A program made the position numbers and the translations under genes. Of a stretch of DNA of 64,000 nt, positions 62,762 through 64,000 are shown one piece after another (the first letter of the stretch is position 1; each line of letters starts with the position of its first letter). Under the pieces are notes generated by a model, which was given only the letters and a program-made list of their open reading frames with translations, searched no databases and was not told the DNA's origin. This stretch comes from Candidatus Eiseniibacteriota bacterium (GTDB lineage: Bacteria > Eisenbacteria > RBG-16-71-46 > CAVPCR01): assembly GCA_963702435.1 (NCBI GenBank), contig CAVPCR010000001.1, forward strand, positions 960,001 through 1,024,000, given 5' to 3'.

Positions 62762-64000
62762 ATGCGCATTCTCGTCGTATCGCCGGCTTTCCCCTATCCG
62801 CTGATCAAGGGGATCAAGATCCGGCTCTTCAACATCGTGAGTCAGCTTGCGCGCCGGCACGAGGTGCACCTCGCGGCGATGGCGCTCAAGAACGATCCGA
62901 CGCACTGCCCGGAGCTCGAGGCGGTCGTCGCGGGGCTCACGCGCCTGCCGTCGCCGCGCATGGTGTGGGATCCCGATCGCCGCACCGGCATCATCGAGGA
63001 TCTCGCGCACGCCACGTCGAAGATCCTCCGCAGCGAGCCCAACCTGGTGGCGATCCATGTCACGCCCGCGCTCAGGGAGGCGGTGGCCGAGCTCGCCCGG
63101 ATCCCGTTCGATGCGATCTTCTGCTTCCGCACGTACCTCTTTCCACAGGTGGCGGCCATCGCCGGCGACCGCCCGGTGCTCGTCGACTTCGACGATGTCG
63201 AGCATGTCAAGATCCGCGAGCAGAGCGCGCTCATCGCGGGCAAGCTCACGCCGTTCCTCGACCGGGTCGAGAGCGGGAAGCTCCAGAAATGGGAGCACTG
63301 GATCGCGCGCGAGGCGGCGGCGAGCTTCGTCTGCGCGGAGGCGGACCGCGCCCACTTCCCGGCCGAGGTGAGGCCGCGCATCCACGTGCTCCCCAACGGC
63401 GCACACTTCGGCGCGACGGAGCCGGCGGTCGCCGGCGACGAGGCCGCTCCGGCCGCGGACGCCCCGCTGCGCCTCCTCCTCCTCGGCGACATGGGCTACC
63501 TCCCGAATGCCGACTCGGCCGTCACCTTCTGCGAGAACATCCTGCCGCGCATCCGCAGCGAGGTGCCGGCGGTCGAGGTGGCGATCGTCGGCAATCATCC
63601 GGGCCCGGAGATCAAGGCGCTGGCGCGCATCCCCGGAGTCCGAGTGACGGGCTTCGTCCCCGACGTCGCGCCGTGGTTCAAGTCGGCGGCGATCCTCGTC
63701 GTGCCCATCCGCTTCGGCGGCGGCACGCGCATCAAGATCCTCGAGGCGCTCCGCCATCGCCGCGCCGTGGTGGCGAGTCCGGCCGGTGCGGCGGGACTCG
63801 CCCCCGAGTCCGGCCGGCATCTCATCGTCGCGCGCGATGACACGGACTTCGCAGCCCAGGTGGTGGCGCTCCTGCGCGATCCGGCGCGCCGCGCCGCGCT
63901 CGGGGCGGCAGGCGAGGAATGGGCGCGTGGCAACTACGACTGGGATCGGATCGGGGATCACCTGCTCGCGGTGGTCGATCAGGTGATGGGGCGGAGCGCC
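62762..64000 (+). CDS. Glycosyltransferase family 4, running off the right edge
   Basis: MRILVVSPAFPYP...VTGFVPDV...VVPIRFGGGTRIKILEA...YDW. No stop before 64000. Not in the ORF track. Confidence 0.85.
   Translation, partial: MRILVVSPAFPYPLIKGIKIRLFNIVSQLARRHEVHLAAMALKNDPTHCPELEAVVAGLTRLPSPRMVWDPDRRTGIIEDLAHATSKILRSEPNLVAIHVTPALREAVAELARIPFDAIFCFRTYLFPQVAAIAGDRPVLVDFDDVEHVKIREQSALIAGKLTPFLDRVESGKLQKWEHWIAREAAASFVCAEADRAHFPAEVRPRIHVLPNGAHFGATEPAVAGDEAAPAADAPLRLLLLGDMGYLPNADSAVTFCENILPRIRSEVPAVEVAIVGNHPGPEIKALARIPGVRVTGFVPDVAPWFKSAAILVVPIRFGGGTRIKILEALRHRRAVVASPAGAAGLAPESGRHLIVARDDTDFAAQVVALLRDPARRAALGAAGEEWARGNYDWDRIGDHLLAVVDQVMGRSA

Noticed and set aside
1..64000. tRNA, rRNA, CRISPR array, transposase/integrase, prophage
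   Set aside because: None recognised. Isolated GGTTCGA-like words lack cloverleaf context.

Overview
High-GC bacterial chromosomal window. FlgD-Ig-tailed secreted proteins, LVIVD repeats and a C-terminal 'TWGxxK' motif suggest an FCB-related candidate lineage such as Eisenbacteria, Krumholzibacteriota or Latescibacterota (inference only). I found no rRNA, tRNA, CRISPR array or transposase. Main result: a sigma54-type operon at ~38.5-49.05 kb that looks like a cytochrome-nanowire / extracellular electron transfer locus. It encodes an NHL beta-propeller, an OmcS-like hexaheme cytochrome, a second hexaheme cytochrome, an outer-membrane beta-barrel, two CsgG/GNA1162-like lipoproteins, a DUF2155/ResB-like protein and a 42-heme cytochrome. 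Other points of interest: two diverged, convergently oriented copies of an uncharacterised four-gene membrane module (DUF6754-type); a tandem-duplication/reciprocal-loss scar around a nitroreductase and an LVIVD gene next to addA; an octaheme HAO-family cytochrome; an orphan Flp pilin; an unannotated 20-aa Trp-rich hydrophobic peptide; and single-base frameshifts in mnmA-like and tldD that are probably assembly errors. The rest is housekeeping or accessory: MacAB-like efflux parts, AddAB, PepN, AhpC, Eis, NUDIX, SpoIIE phosphatase, TldD/PmbA and a GT4 glycosyltransferase. All family calls come from motif recognition by eye, not database searches.
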